A stretch of DNA of 41,107 nt from a virus (IMGVR_UViG_3300045988_126497:1-41107), one strand, 5' to 3'. Positions 1 to 5,835 are shown, numbered from the stretch's first letter. Notes: generated from the sequence alone by a model not told the origin. Numbers and translations: made by a program.

Positions 1-75
1 CATTGGCGATATCTACGCAGATGAAATCATGGATTTTTTGAAGAGTGTAGCGGCGAAGGGGTTGGGGTTTAGCGC
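1..75. repeat. Terminal direct repeat: bases 1-75 identical to 41033-41107 (circular assembly overlap)
   Basis: Exact 75/75 identity read at both window ends. The integrase reading frame is continuous across the join. Confidence 0.95.
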
Positions 76-853
76 GGTATCCAAGCGCAAGAACGTGATG
101 AATGGGATTTTTGATTACGCTATTTTGAAGCGTATGATTAAATACAATCCAGCGCGATCCGCAAAGATGCCGGGTAATCTGCCCAAGGGAACACGAGAAC
201 CGCCGGAAGACGATCAAATCGAGCGGATAAAGGCGGCGTTTGGAAATGAGTTCGGTTTGTTTCCATTGATTCAAGCGTTTACAGGGATGCGCCGCGCCGA
301 GCTTTTAGCGCTTCGCTGGGAAGACTTCGATTGGGATAGAAACGTAATTAATGTGAGGCAATCCGTAGAGTTTATAAACAGCGTCCCACGTGTGAAAAAG
401 CCGAAAACGGATGCCGGTATTCGAGAAATTTCGCTGTTGGAGCCGTTGAAGCAACAACTGCCGCACGATAAACACGGGCTCGTGTTTCCTGGCAAAAGCA
501 GGGAATATATGGGCGCAAATGAATATGACAGCGCATGGAAGCGGTGGTGCATCTCTGCGGGGTTGGCTGTAGAAAAAGAGCAACCAGAGGGAAGAAAAAG
601 GAAATTAAGCGGGTTGGATAAGTGGAGGGTTACGGTCACGTCTCACCAGCTGCGGCACTATTATGCAACTATCCTGTATGAAGCTGGTATTAGGGTAAAA
701 GATATGCAGGATCTTCTTGGGCACGCCGATATCCAAACGACGTTGAATGTGTACACGCACATTCGGAAGCGGCAGAAAAAAACAGCGACAGAGAGGCTGA
801 ATCAGTTTCTTTGTCAAGATGATGTAGAAAATGAGGAAAGCATTGATAAATAA
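1..853 (+). CDS. int: Tyrosine recombinase/integrase, C-terminal part (codons start at base 2; N-terminal part is 40755-41107; joined product about 376 aa)
   Basis: Catalytic signature in order: FTGMRRAELLALRWEDF (Arg), SHQLRHYYAT (HxxR), LLGHADIQTTLNVYTH (His...Tyr). Same frame as the ORF that runs off the 3' end of the window. Confidence 0.9.
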   Translation, partial: IGDIYADEIMDFLKSVAAKGLGFSAVSKRKNVMNGIFDYAILKRMIKYNPARSAKMPGNLPKGTREPPEDDQIERIKAAFGNEFGLFPLIQAFTGMRRAELLALRWEDFDWDRNVINVRQSVEFINSVPRVKKPKTDAGIREISLLEPLKQQLPHDKHGLVFPGKSREYMGANEYDSAWKRWCISAGLAVEKEQPEGRKRKLSGLDKWRVTVTSHQLRHYYATILYEAGIRVKDMQDLLGHADIQTTLNVYTHIRKRQKKTATERLNQFLCQDDVENEESIDK

Positions 854-910
854 GGGGTTTTAATATGTCGCCGTGTCTTGATTAGGTGAATTCCTGAATC
901 CGAACAACTG

Positions 911-952
911 AAAACCCGCAATCCATTGAATACCAACGGTTTGCGGGTTTTT
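911..952 (+). terminator. Rho-independent terminator after int (A-tract upstream and T-tract downstream, so possibly bidirectional)
   Basis: AAAACCCGCAA (911-921) pairs with TTGCGGGTTTT (941-951). The loop can pair further (CCATTG/CAACGG). A T-run follows. Confidence 0.75.
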
Positions 953-957
953 CTATG

Positions 958-1029
958 CCTATTTACGGGTTGTTTTTGAGCTGTTTCTGTGCTCTAAAAT
1001 GCCCTATTTTTACCTAGAATAACCTATTT
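958..1029 (+). repeat. Three direct CCTATTT boxes in the int-proximal intergenic region (candidate integrase arm-type sites / attP region)
   Basis: CCTATTT at 958-964, 1003-1009 and 1023-1029, all in the same orientation, in the 310-bp non-coding gap next to int. Confidence 0.3.
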
Positions 1030-1033
1030 CGGC

Positions 1034-1052
1034 CTGTCAAATTTCTGTCAAA
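1034..1052 (-). repeat. Tandem TTTGACAG boxes (read on the minus strand) with 11-bp phasing
   Basis: The plus strand reads CTGTCAAAtttCTGTCAAA; the minus strand reads TTTGACAGaaaTTTGACAGG. The same tandem motif recurs at 4955-4974 on the plus strand. Confidence 0.6.
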
Positions 1053-1093
1053 AGGTATCCCCCCTCTCGGTCCTGATAACCGGGAAGGGGGAT
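1047..1093 (-). terminator. Rho-independent terminator of the leftward accessory operon
   Basis: On the minus strand, ATCCCCCTTCCCGG-N9-CCGAGAGGGGGGAT forms a 14-position stem (1 mismatch, 1 G-U) followed by CCTTTTG. Confidence 0.7.
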
Positions 1094-1162
1094 TGTCGCG
1101 CTGAATCCTGCGAAGGATTACAGTCGCATTATACGACAACTTTCGTTGTTTGTCTAGGGGCG

Positions 1163-1678
1163 TCAGCAATATAATATTCCGTCTGTGCCTGGTTTCATGT
1201 AAACAGCGCGAGACCATTTAAGCTGTACGGTTTGTTTCAGGTCGTCCCAGTTTATCAGATCGTCCAGCAGAGCGGCGCAGTCGATAGCATAGCCCTCATT
1301 TTTGAAAATCTTGGCCAGGTGATAAATTTTACCAGGCAGGATGTCGCCGGTTCCCCACTGGTAATCAAGCAGGATTTTCAAATCGTGCTCCAGCTTCTTC
1401 TGCTTCTGCGCATCTTTCTTTGCTATATCCCACAGGATTTCTTCTACCGGCAGGCGGTTGGTAGTGCCAACTGGCCACAAGCAGTGAAGGCAGGCTGCGA
1501 AATAACAGCGGCTTTCTAACTCTTCCGGGATAGCTTCGGGCAGGCAACTAAAGAAGTGAGCGTAGGTACTGGGATGCTCGACCTGCAAGAAGGTGCTTTT
1601 TCCTTCATCCCGCAGCGCGTTGCGCTTGCTCAGCGGAAGACGGTCGATGTTGGAGAAGAACTCATTTACTTTTTTCAT
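1163..1678 (-). CDS. Orphan Cse2/CasB-like protein (type I-E Cascade small-subunit-like), 171 aa
   Basis: The size and the C-terminal IDCAALLDDLINWDDLKQTVQLKWSRAVY match my memory of the Cse2/CasB C-terminal signature ((I/L)D(W/Y)xxLxxDLxxW...WxRx(F/Y)Y). No other cas genes or repeat array in the window. Family call is from memory only. Confidence 0.5.
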   Translation of the reverse strand: MKKVNEFFSNIDRLPLSKRNALRDEGKSTFLQVEHPSTYAHFFSCLPEAIPEELESRCYFAACLHCLWPVGTTNRLPVEEILWDIAKKDAQKQKKLEHDLKILLDYQWGTGDILPGKIYHLAKIFKNEGYAIDCAALLDDLINWDDLKQTVQLKWSRAVYMKPGTDGILYC

Positions 1679-1693
1679 AGTAGAAACCTCCTG

Positions 1694-2041
1694 TTAATAT
1701 TCTATGGTGCGTGCCCATGCGGTTTCAAAACCACATCTGCAAACGATGTAGATTTCATGGGTCCATTTTCCTGTCTTCGGGTCGTATTCTCTGGTCGCAT
1801 CGGCCGTTATACTTGTGTTAGGGTTCTTCTTGTAGGCGTCCAAGTCTAGGGCGACGTATTCCGGCTTTCCGTAGCCAGGTTCTCCGATAACGACGCTGTC
1901 CGGGAGTTCAACTTCCACCCAATCAAACTGGTATCCATCCAGGTACCGAGAGAGATTTTCCTCACAATCCGGGCGGCAGAAAAAAACGCTGTCCGAGACA
2001 TTGGAAAAGCCGCTACTCACGACTGCTGCTGTAATTTTCAT
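1694..2041 (-). CDS. Hypothetical protein, 115 aa (paired with the CasB-like gene)
   Basis: SD AGGAGG is 7 nt upstream of the ATG. The stop lies 15 nt before the next gene. No family recognised. Confidence 0.65.
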   Translation of the reverse strand: MKITAAVVSSGFSNVSDSVFFCRPDCEENLSRYLDGYQFDWVEVELPDSVVIGEPGYGKPEYVALDLDAYKKNPNTSITADATREYDPKTGKWTHEIYIVCRCGFETAWARTIEY

Positions 2042-2067
2042 TTCTGTTTCCTCCTAGTTTTTCCTTA

Positions 2068-2096
2068 ATCTTACCAAGGATTACTTGGTTTTGCAA
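2068..2096 (-). promoter_or_regulatory. Candidate internal sigma70-type promoter for the 115-aa / CasB-like gene pair
   Basis: Minus strand reads TTGCAA-17 nt-TAAGAT. The spacer contains a CCAAG-N5-CTTGG hairpin. Confidence 0.35.
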
Positions 2097-2122
2097 TACC
2101 GGCGGACATCTCAAAGGATGTT

Positions 2123-2314
2123 TCAGCTATCACAAACGCCGTACTCGGCGATCTCATCATCTCTTGCTTCGTGTACTTGCTCTAACAGCTCATCGAAATC
2201 AATCTCCCAGTCACGGGCCAGACGTTCCAACTCGGCTAGGTCTACGCAGATAGGGGTATAAGCGCCGAAGAAAGCGTCGTAGTGTTCATTGTCGGGGAAA
2301 TAATAGGTTTTCAT
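2123..2314 (-). CDS. Small highly acidic protein, 63 aa (start moved to MKTYYF...)
   Basis: AGGAGG lies 9 nt upstream of the ATG at 2314. The longer 104-aa form overlaps the upstream gene and has a junk-like N-terminus. Sequence is rich in D/E (…DWEIDFDELLEQVHEARDDEIAEYG). Confidence 0.6.
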   Translation of the reverse strand: MKTYYFPDNEHYDAFFGAYTPICVDLAELERLARDWEIDFDELLEQVHEARDDEIAEYGVCDS

Positions 2315-2411
2315 GGTATTCATCCTCCTGGCCTTCTTGGGTTTGTGTTTAGCCTGCCTCATCAGTGCCGGTAGGCTATTTCCGGCAGACGCCCGGAAGG
2401 GGCGTTTCGGC

Positions 2412-2867
2412 TTATTTCTCCCAACTTCGCTTATCAATCATTTTGACCGATTCGATGCCGGGAAATTGCTTGCGAAGCTCTTCGTATCTGTCTAGGGCTG
2501 CTTTACGTTCTTTTCCTTTGTATATCTCTCGAAGCTCTTCTCTCTGGGTTCCGTCCTCGAAAACCCTTGTTATGGTCACGATATACTCTATATGTTTTTT
2601 CCAATGTGGGACACGCTCGATCTTTAGCGCGTCTTTGTATGGCATCGTTTCGAGTTCTCCGTATCGTTTCGCTAGGGCTGTGCGGTAGTCTTTCAAGGCT
2701 TCCGTTATAGCTTCCAGCTCTTTAATTTTGGCTGCTGCGTCGCAGTCTCTCCAGGCGATTTCTTTCGCCGTTTTCAGGGCTTCTGGGGCTTTTACATAAA
2801 TGTAAATATTGCGCTCGGCTTGCTCTTGGATTTCTCCGAATCGGAGAAGCAAATCTTTGTATCCCAT
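2412..2867 (-). CDS. Hypothetical protein, 151 aa
   Basis: Clean ORF in an operon with its neighbours. Charged, helical composition. No family recognised. Confidence 0.6.
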   Translation of the reverse strand: MGYKDLLLRFGEIQEQAERNIYIYVKAPEALKTAKEIAWRDCDAAAKIKELEAITEALKDYRTALAKRYGELETMPYKDALKIERVPHWKKHIEYIVTITRVFEDGTQREELREIYKGKERKAALDRYEELRKQFPGIESVKMIDKRSWEK

Positions 2868-2888
2868 TGTTACCTCCTGGGGGACCGC

Positions 2889-3404
2889 TTACGCGGTCGC
2901 CCCGATCTTAGCGTACTTGCTGGTCTCTTTTCCGGCCTCGAACGTCTGAGAGCCGTACTTAGTGCGGATGTAGCCCATGTCTTTGTTTCCGCGCTTGCTG
3001 TAACGCTGTCCCTCTTCTGGGTGGTGCCAACTCCACAGCTTCTTCTTGGAGCACCAACGGCAACCAGCCGCTTTCAGTGCGTCCTTGTGTTCCTTGGTGT
3101 TGCCACCAATCCAGAGCCAGGAGCCGCAAAGCTCAACTTCTAGGCCGTCCAGCTTCAGAAGCAGGTCGATGATCTGCCGGAACTCTTCCGGGGTTTCAGT
3201 GGTGGCTGCGGTGCGTCCGGTTGGGTCTGCTGCTGCTCTGTCGTTCTGAGCTTTGGAGAGGATGGAGAAAAGCGCATCATGTTCTGCATTGATAGCTTTC
3301 ATAATCTCCAGGTCTCCGCCTCTGTCGGGGTGGTGCTTCATCGCCAAACGGCGGTATTGAGCTTTCAGCTCTGCGAGGGTGTTCACATTGATAAAGTATT
3401 TCAT
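2889..3404 (-). CDS. J-domain (DnaJ-like) protein, 171 aa
   Basis: N-terminal LAELKAQYRRLAMKHHPDRGGD contains the HPD tripeptide diagnostic of J domains. The C-terminal half (CGSWLWIGGNT...AAGCRWCSKKKLWSWH) has no function I recognise. Confidence 0.8.
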   Translation of the reverse strand: MKYFINVNTLAELKAQYRRLAMKHHPDRGGDLEIMKAINAEHDALFSILSKAQNDRAAADPTGRTAATTETPEEFRQIIDLLLKLDGLEVELCGSWLWIGGNTKEHKDALKAAGCRWCSKKKLWSWHHPEEGQRYSKRGNKDMGYIRTKYGSQTFEAGKETSKYAKIGATA

Positions 3405-3477
3405 GGTTTTATCTCCTATCTGTTTTTGGATTTATGGGGTGCGGCGTTTTACGGGACACCGCCCAGGCCCGGAAGAG

Positions 3478-3648
3478 TTAGTCGATAGTGTAGCCGTTGA
3501 TGCCGTAGAAGTGTTGGAAGCCGAAGCTGGTGACGAAAGCGCTGTCGCCGTCGCCGTCTGTTTCGATCTCCAGCGTGTAGATCGTGGCGAGGTGTCCGGC
3601 CAGGAATGCGGTTGCTGCAATCAGCAGGCAAGCAATGATTCTTTTCAT
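3478..3648 (-). CDS. Small secreted/membrane-anchored protein, 56 aa (below the ORF-track cutoff)
   Basis: Hand translation: MKRIIACLLIAATAFLAGHLATIYTLEIETDGDGDSAFVTSFGFQHFYGINGYTID*. GGAGG SD upstream. N-terminal hydrophobic signal-like segment. Confidence 0.5.
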   Translation of the reverse strand: MKRIIACLLIAATAFLAGHLATIYTLEIETDGDGDSAFVTSFGFQHFYGINGYTID

Positions 3649-3662
3649 GGTGTGTTTCCTCC

Positions 3663-3863
3663 TTAAAACTCTTTCACGATTTCGCCGTTGATGCGGATCG
3701 TTTTCTTTTCCATCCAGCGGCCCACAACGGTAAATTCGTAGGTATCGCCGTTTTCGTATTCGATGAAGTGCAAGTATTTGTAATCGTTTCCCTCATTGAT
3801 AAACTGCTTAATCGGTTCGTCAACGTGAGCCTCGCACCATTCGCGGATTTGAATGTCTGTCAT
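3663..3863 (-). CDS. Hypothetical protein, 66 aa (first gene of the leftward accessory operon)
   Basis: AGGAGG SD upstream of the ATG at 3863. Lies directly downstream of the operator-controlled promoter. Confidence 0.6.
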   Translation of the reverse strand: MTDIQIREWCEAHVDEPIKQFINEGNDYKYLHFIEYENGDTYEFTVVGRWMEKKTIRINGEIVKEF

Positions 3864-3907
3864 CTCGTTTGCCTCCTGTTGTTGGGGTGTTTCCCTTTGA
3901 TGGCTTT

Positions 3908-3936
3908 ATAATACATGGTTTAACCATGGATTGCAA
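3908..3936 (-). promoter_or_regulatory. Promoter of the leftward accessory operon
   Basis: Minus strand reads TTGCAA-17 nt-TATTAT. The 17-nt spacer is essentially the perfect palindromic operator CATGGTT-N-AACCATG. Confidence 0.65.
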
Positions 3937-3997
3937 TAGACGGAATAGACAAAGGTTAAACCATGTATTTAGGCAATTTGTACATGGTTAAACCTTG
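3914..3997. promoter_or_regulatory. Three operator-like sites sharing CATGGTT/AACCATG half-sites
   Basis: O1 3914-3928 is CATGGTTTAACCATG (perfect 7-bp arms). O2 3951-3965 is AAAGGTTAAACCATG (left arm degenerate). O3 3983-3997 is CATGGTTAAACCTTG (1 mismatch). Confidence 0.7.
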
Positions 3998-4014
3998 ACG
4001 GGGTGTGCTACAAT
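3985..4014 (+). promoter_or_regulatory. Candidate extended -10 promoter for the RHH gene
   Basis: TGcTACAAT at 4006-4014. The -35 zone is overlapped by operator O3. Confidence 0.45.
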
Positions 4015-4042
4015 ATAAATACTGAATCTAGGGGGTGAACCA

Positions 4043-4267
4043 ATGACGCTTACGGATGCCCAGCGACGGGCAAACAACAAATACATAGCCAAGGCCACCA
4101 CGGTATTAGGTTGTAAAATGCGGCGGGATGCAGCGGATGAATTCAAGGCGGCCTGCAAAGCCGCCGGAACCACGCCCAACGCTGTTTTCCGGGCAGCAGT
4201 AGATGATTTTATGGCACAGCACCAGGACGCCGCACAGCCCACACCAGAGGGCACAGAGAGCATATAA
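4043..4267 (+). CDS. Ribbon-helix-helix (Arc/CopG-like) DNA-binding protein, 74 aa; candidate repressor of the divergent accessory operon
   Basis: Pattern of a basic N-terminus, a short beta-strand (TVLGCKMRRD) and two helices (AADEFKAACKAAG / TPNAVFRAAVDDFM). Divergent from the operator cluster and monocistronic, with its own terminator. Confidence 0.55.
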   Translation: MTLTDAQRRANNKYIAKATTVLGCKMRRDAADEFKAACKAAGTTPNAVFRAAVDDFMAQHQDAAQPTPEGTESI

Positions 4268-4293
4268 GTATATATAAGAGAGTATAGAAAAGG

Positions 4294-4340
4294 GCCTGTT
4301 TCAACCCATCAAATTCCCTGATGGTAACAGGCTCTTTCCA
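4294..4340 (+). terminator. Terminator after the RHH gene
   Basis: Nested hairpin GCCTGTT...(CCATCA-N7-TGATGG)...AACAGGC followed by a T-rich tail. Confidence 0.6.
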
Positions 4341-4373
4341 TTAAATTTTCTAATAATACTTTTCGTATTCCAC

Positions 4374-4402
4374 TTGATTATCTTGATTACATGTGGTATA
4401 CT
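4374..4402 (+). promoter_or_regulatory. Sigma70-type promoter upstream of terS
   Basis: TTGATT-17 nt-TGgTATACT (extended -10) in an AT-rich 200-bp gap. Confidence 0.6.
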
Positions 4403-4476
4403 TGACTTACCAAAGCAGGATTAAGATTTGTATACTTTCAAATATATAAAACATTTTAAGCAAGGAGATGAAATCA

Positions 4477-4875
4477 ATGGCAAACAAGAAAAAGATTGAT
4501 TCTCCACAAAAATTGGACCTTTTCATTACACAATTTATTGAAAAGTGCCAAAAAGAAGAGCTTATCCCCACTGATTTTGAGTTGTGTAAATTCCTTCAGG
4601 TAAGCCCTACAACCCTTGAGAGGTATGCAAAGGATGGGGAGGAGGGGAGCACATATCACGGATACGCCGCCCCATTAAAAAGACTTCAGCAATTCCGGGA
4701 ACACCGCTTGCTCACCATGCTTGAGCATGATCCCAAAGCTGGAACTGCTGCAATATTCCAGCTCAAGCAAACCAAAAACGGCGGCTATACCGATAGCCCA
4801 ATCAATACAGGAGATCAGGGCGCAACCATTACTCTGAAGATTCAGGGTGTGGGTGGCGCGGATGCGTTTAAGTAG
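4477..4875 (+). CDS. terS: Terminase small subunit
   Basis: HTH-like IPTDFELCKFLQVSPTTLERY followed by ...AAIFQLKQTKNGGYTD, typical of Firmicutes-phage TerS. AAGGAG lies 9 nt before the ATG at 4477 (the track start at 4468 abuts the SD). Confidence 0.8.
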   Translation: MANKKKIDSPQKLDLFITQFIEKCQKEELIPTDFELCKFLQVSPTTLERYAKDGEEGSTYHGYAAPLKRLQQFREHRLLTMLEHDPKAGTAAIFQLKQTKNGGYTDSPINTGDQGATITLKIQGVGGADAFK

Positions 4876-4906
4876 CACAGATATATATATGTATCTGTGC
4901 TTCTCT
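4875..4906 (+). terminator. Hairpin/terminator-like element immediately after terS
   Basis: GCACAGATA-N8-TATCTGTGC (9-bp stem) followed by TTCTCT. Confidence 0.5.
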
Positions 4907-4954
4907 GCTATTATGGCATGGACAACCCATTGATATATAAGGGATTCTGCCATG

Positions 4955-4974
4955 TTTGACAGGGATTTGACAGG
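4955..4974 (+). repeat. Tandem TTTGACAGG boxes with 11-bp phasing
   Basis: TTTGACAGGgaTTTGACAGG. The same tandem motif occurs at 1034-1052 on the opposite strand. Each box contains a TTGACA hexamer, but no -10 sits at 16-18 nt. Confidence 0.6.
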
Positions 4975-4980
4975 CTATCA

Positions 4981-5125
4981 CACACCAGCACAGCAGGCAC
5001 ACCACCACCAGCACGGGCGCGGGCCTGGGCCTGGGGGGTGGGGGCCGGGGGGCGCGTGGCCCCGCGCGGGCGCGGGCGTGTGCGTGCCTACTATATAGGG
5101 GGGTACCCCTACCACCCCCCTACCA
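4981..5125 (+). other. GC-rich island: CA-rich tract, then a G-tract cluster (G-quadruplex-prone), then C-tracts
   Basis: 5015-5052 reads GGGCGCGGGCCTGGGCCTGGGGGGTGGGGGCCGGGGGG. GGGGGGTGG (5033-5041) is complementary to CCACCCCCC (5112-5120). GGGGTACCCC palindrome at about 5098-5110. Confidence 0.7.
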
Positions 5126-5326
5126 AACAGTGAGGGTGTGGCGGAAAAAGGGCGGCTCCTCTGGCGGCCGGCCCCTGTATAGACTACACACACTCTTGAG
5201 AGCAACCCTCCAAACATACCTCTCACGAAAACCATACCCCAGAAAAACGGGGGACACCATTCCAGAAAATCCACTCTGAAATATAGAACAGGACACTCGA
5301 CACGTATACAGATTATAAACAACTAT

Positions 5327-5396
5327 ACCTAGTGTAAGGTTACGGACACGATATGGCATGTTGTGTTTAGGGGTTCAATTCCTCTACTGGGTACCA
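5327..5396 (+). tRNA. tRNA-like element / degenerate tRNA with encoded CCA (anticodon-loop candidate GGC); D-arm reduced
   Basis: Acceptor ACCTAGT/ACTGGGT (one G-U). T-arm AGGGG-TTCAATT-CCTCT, discriminator A, then CCA. Anticodon-like stem-loop with loop ATGGCAT. Only a 3-bp GTA/TAC mini D-arm and no U8. Confidence 0.3.
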
Positions 5397-5747
5397 ACAG
5401 CCCTTCTTCACCAGGGAGGGTGAAAATACAGAACAGAAAGGAAGTGAAATTCGCTTCCATTCTTATCTCTGTTTTTCAGCTGTCTGCGATATGCGAGCGT
5501 GGTTTGCTATTCGGTTTGGGCACACTCTTGGATAGCAGGTACAAGGCCATGCCACGACCAGAAGCAGACTGACAGCCCGGAAAGACGGGCTTATGCTGGG
5601 CTTTAGGGCATGACCTAGAGTTTGGCTCCTTTCGGTGCGGTCTTTTCATTGGTTTCTACCGCCCTCCTATGTGATAAGCTGCGGCCCGTAAATAGCGGCT
5701 CTCTTTGGGACAAGAGCACCAGTGCAATTCTGGTAGGGCATTTATAC

Positions 5748-5835
5748 GCGGGGATACTCAAGTATGGTTGAAGAGGGCGCACTTGAAATGCGCTAGGGGC
5801 TAAGGCCTGCGGGGGTTCAAATCCTCCTCCTCGCG
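5748..5835 (+). tRNA. tRNA-Ser (anticodon UGA), class II with long variable arm
   Basis: GCGGGGA-TA-CTC-AAGTATGGTTGAA-GAG-G-GCGCA-CTTGAAA-TGCGC-(17-nt variable arm)-GGGGG-TTCAAAT-CCTCC-TCCTCGC-G. The architecture parallels bacterial tRNA-Ser. CCA is not encoded. Confidence 0.9.

Noticed and set aside
1057-1150. Hairpins downstream of the CasB-like gene considered as a solitary CRISPR repeat (RNA anti-CRISPR)
   Set aside because: The stems and lengths do not resemble type I-E repeats as I remember them (a 28-29-nt unit with a CCCCGC...GCGGGG stem and a conserved 3' handle). The largest hairpin is adequately explained as the operon terminator.
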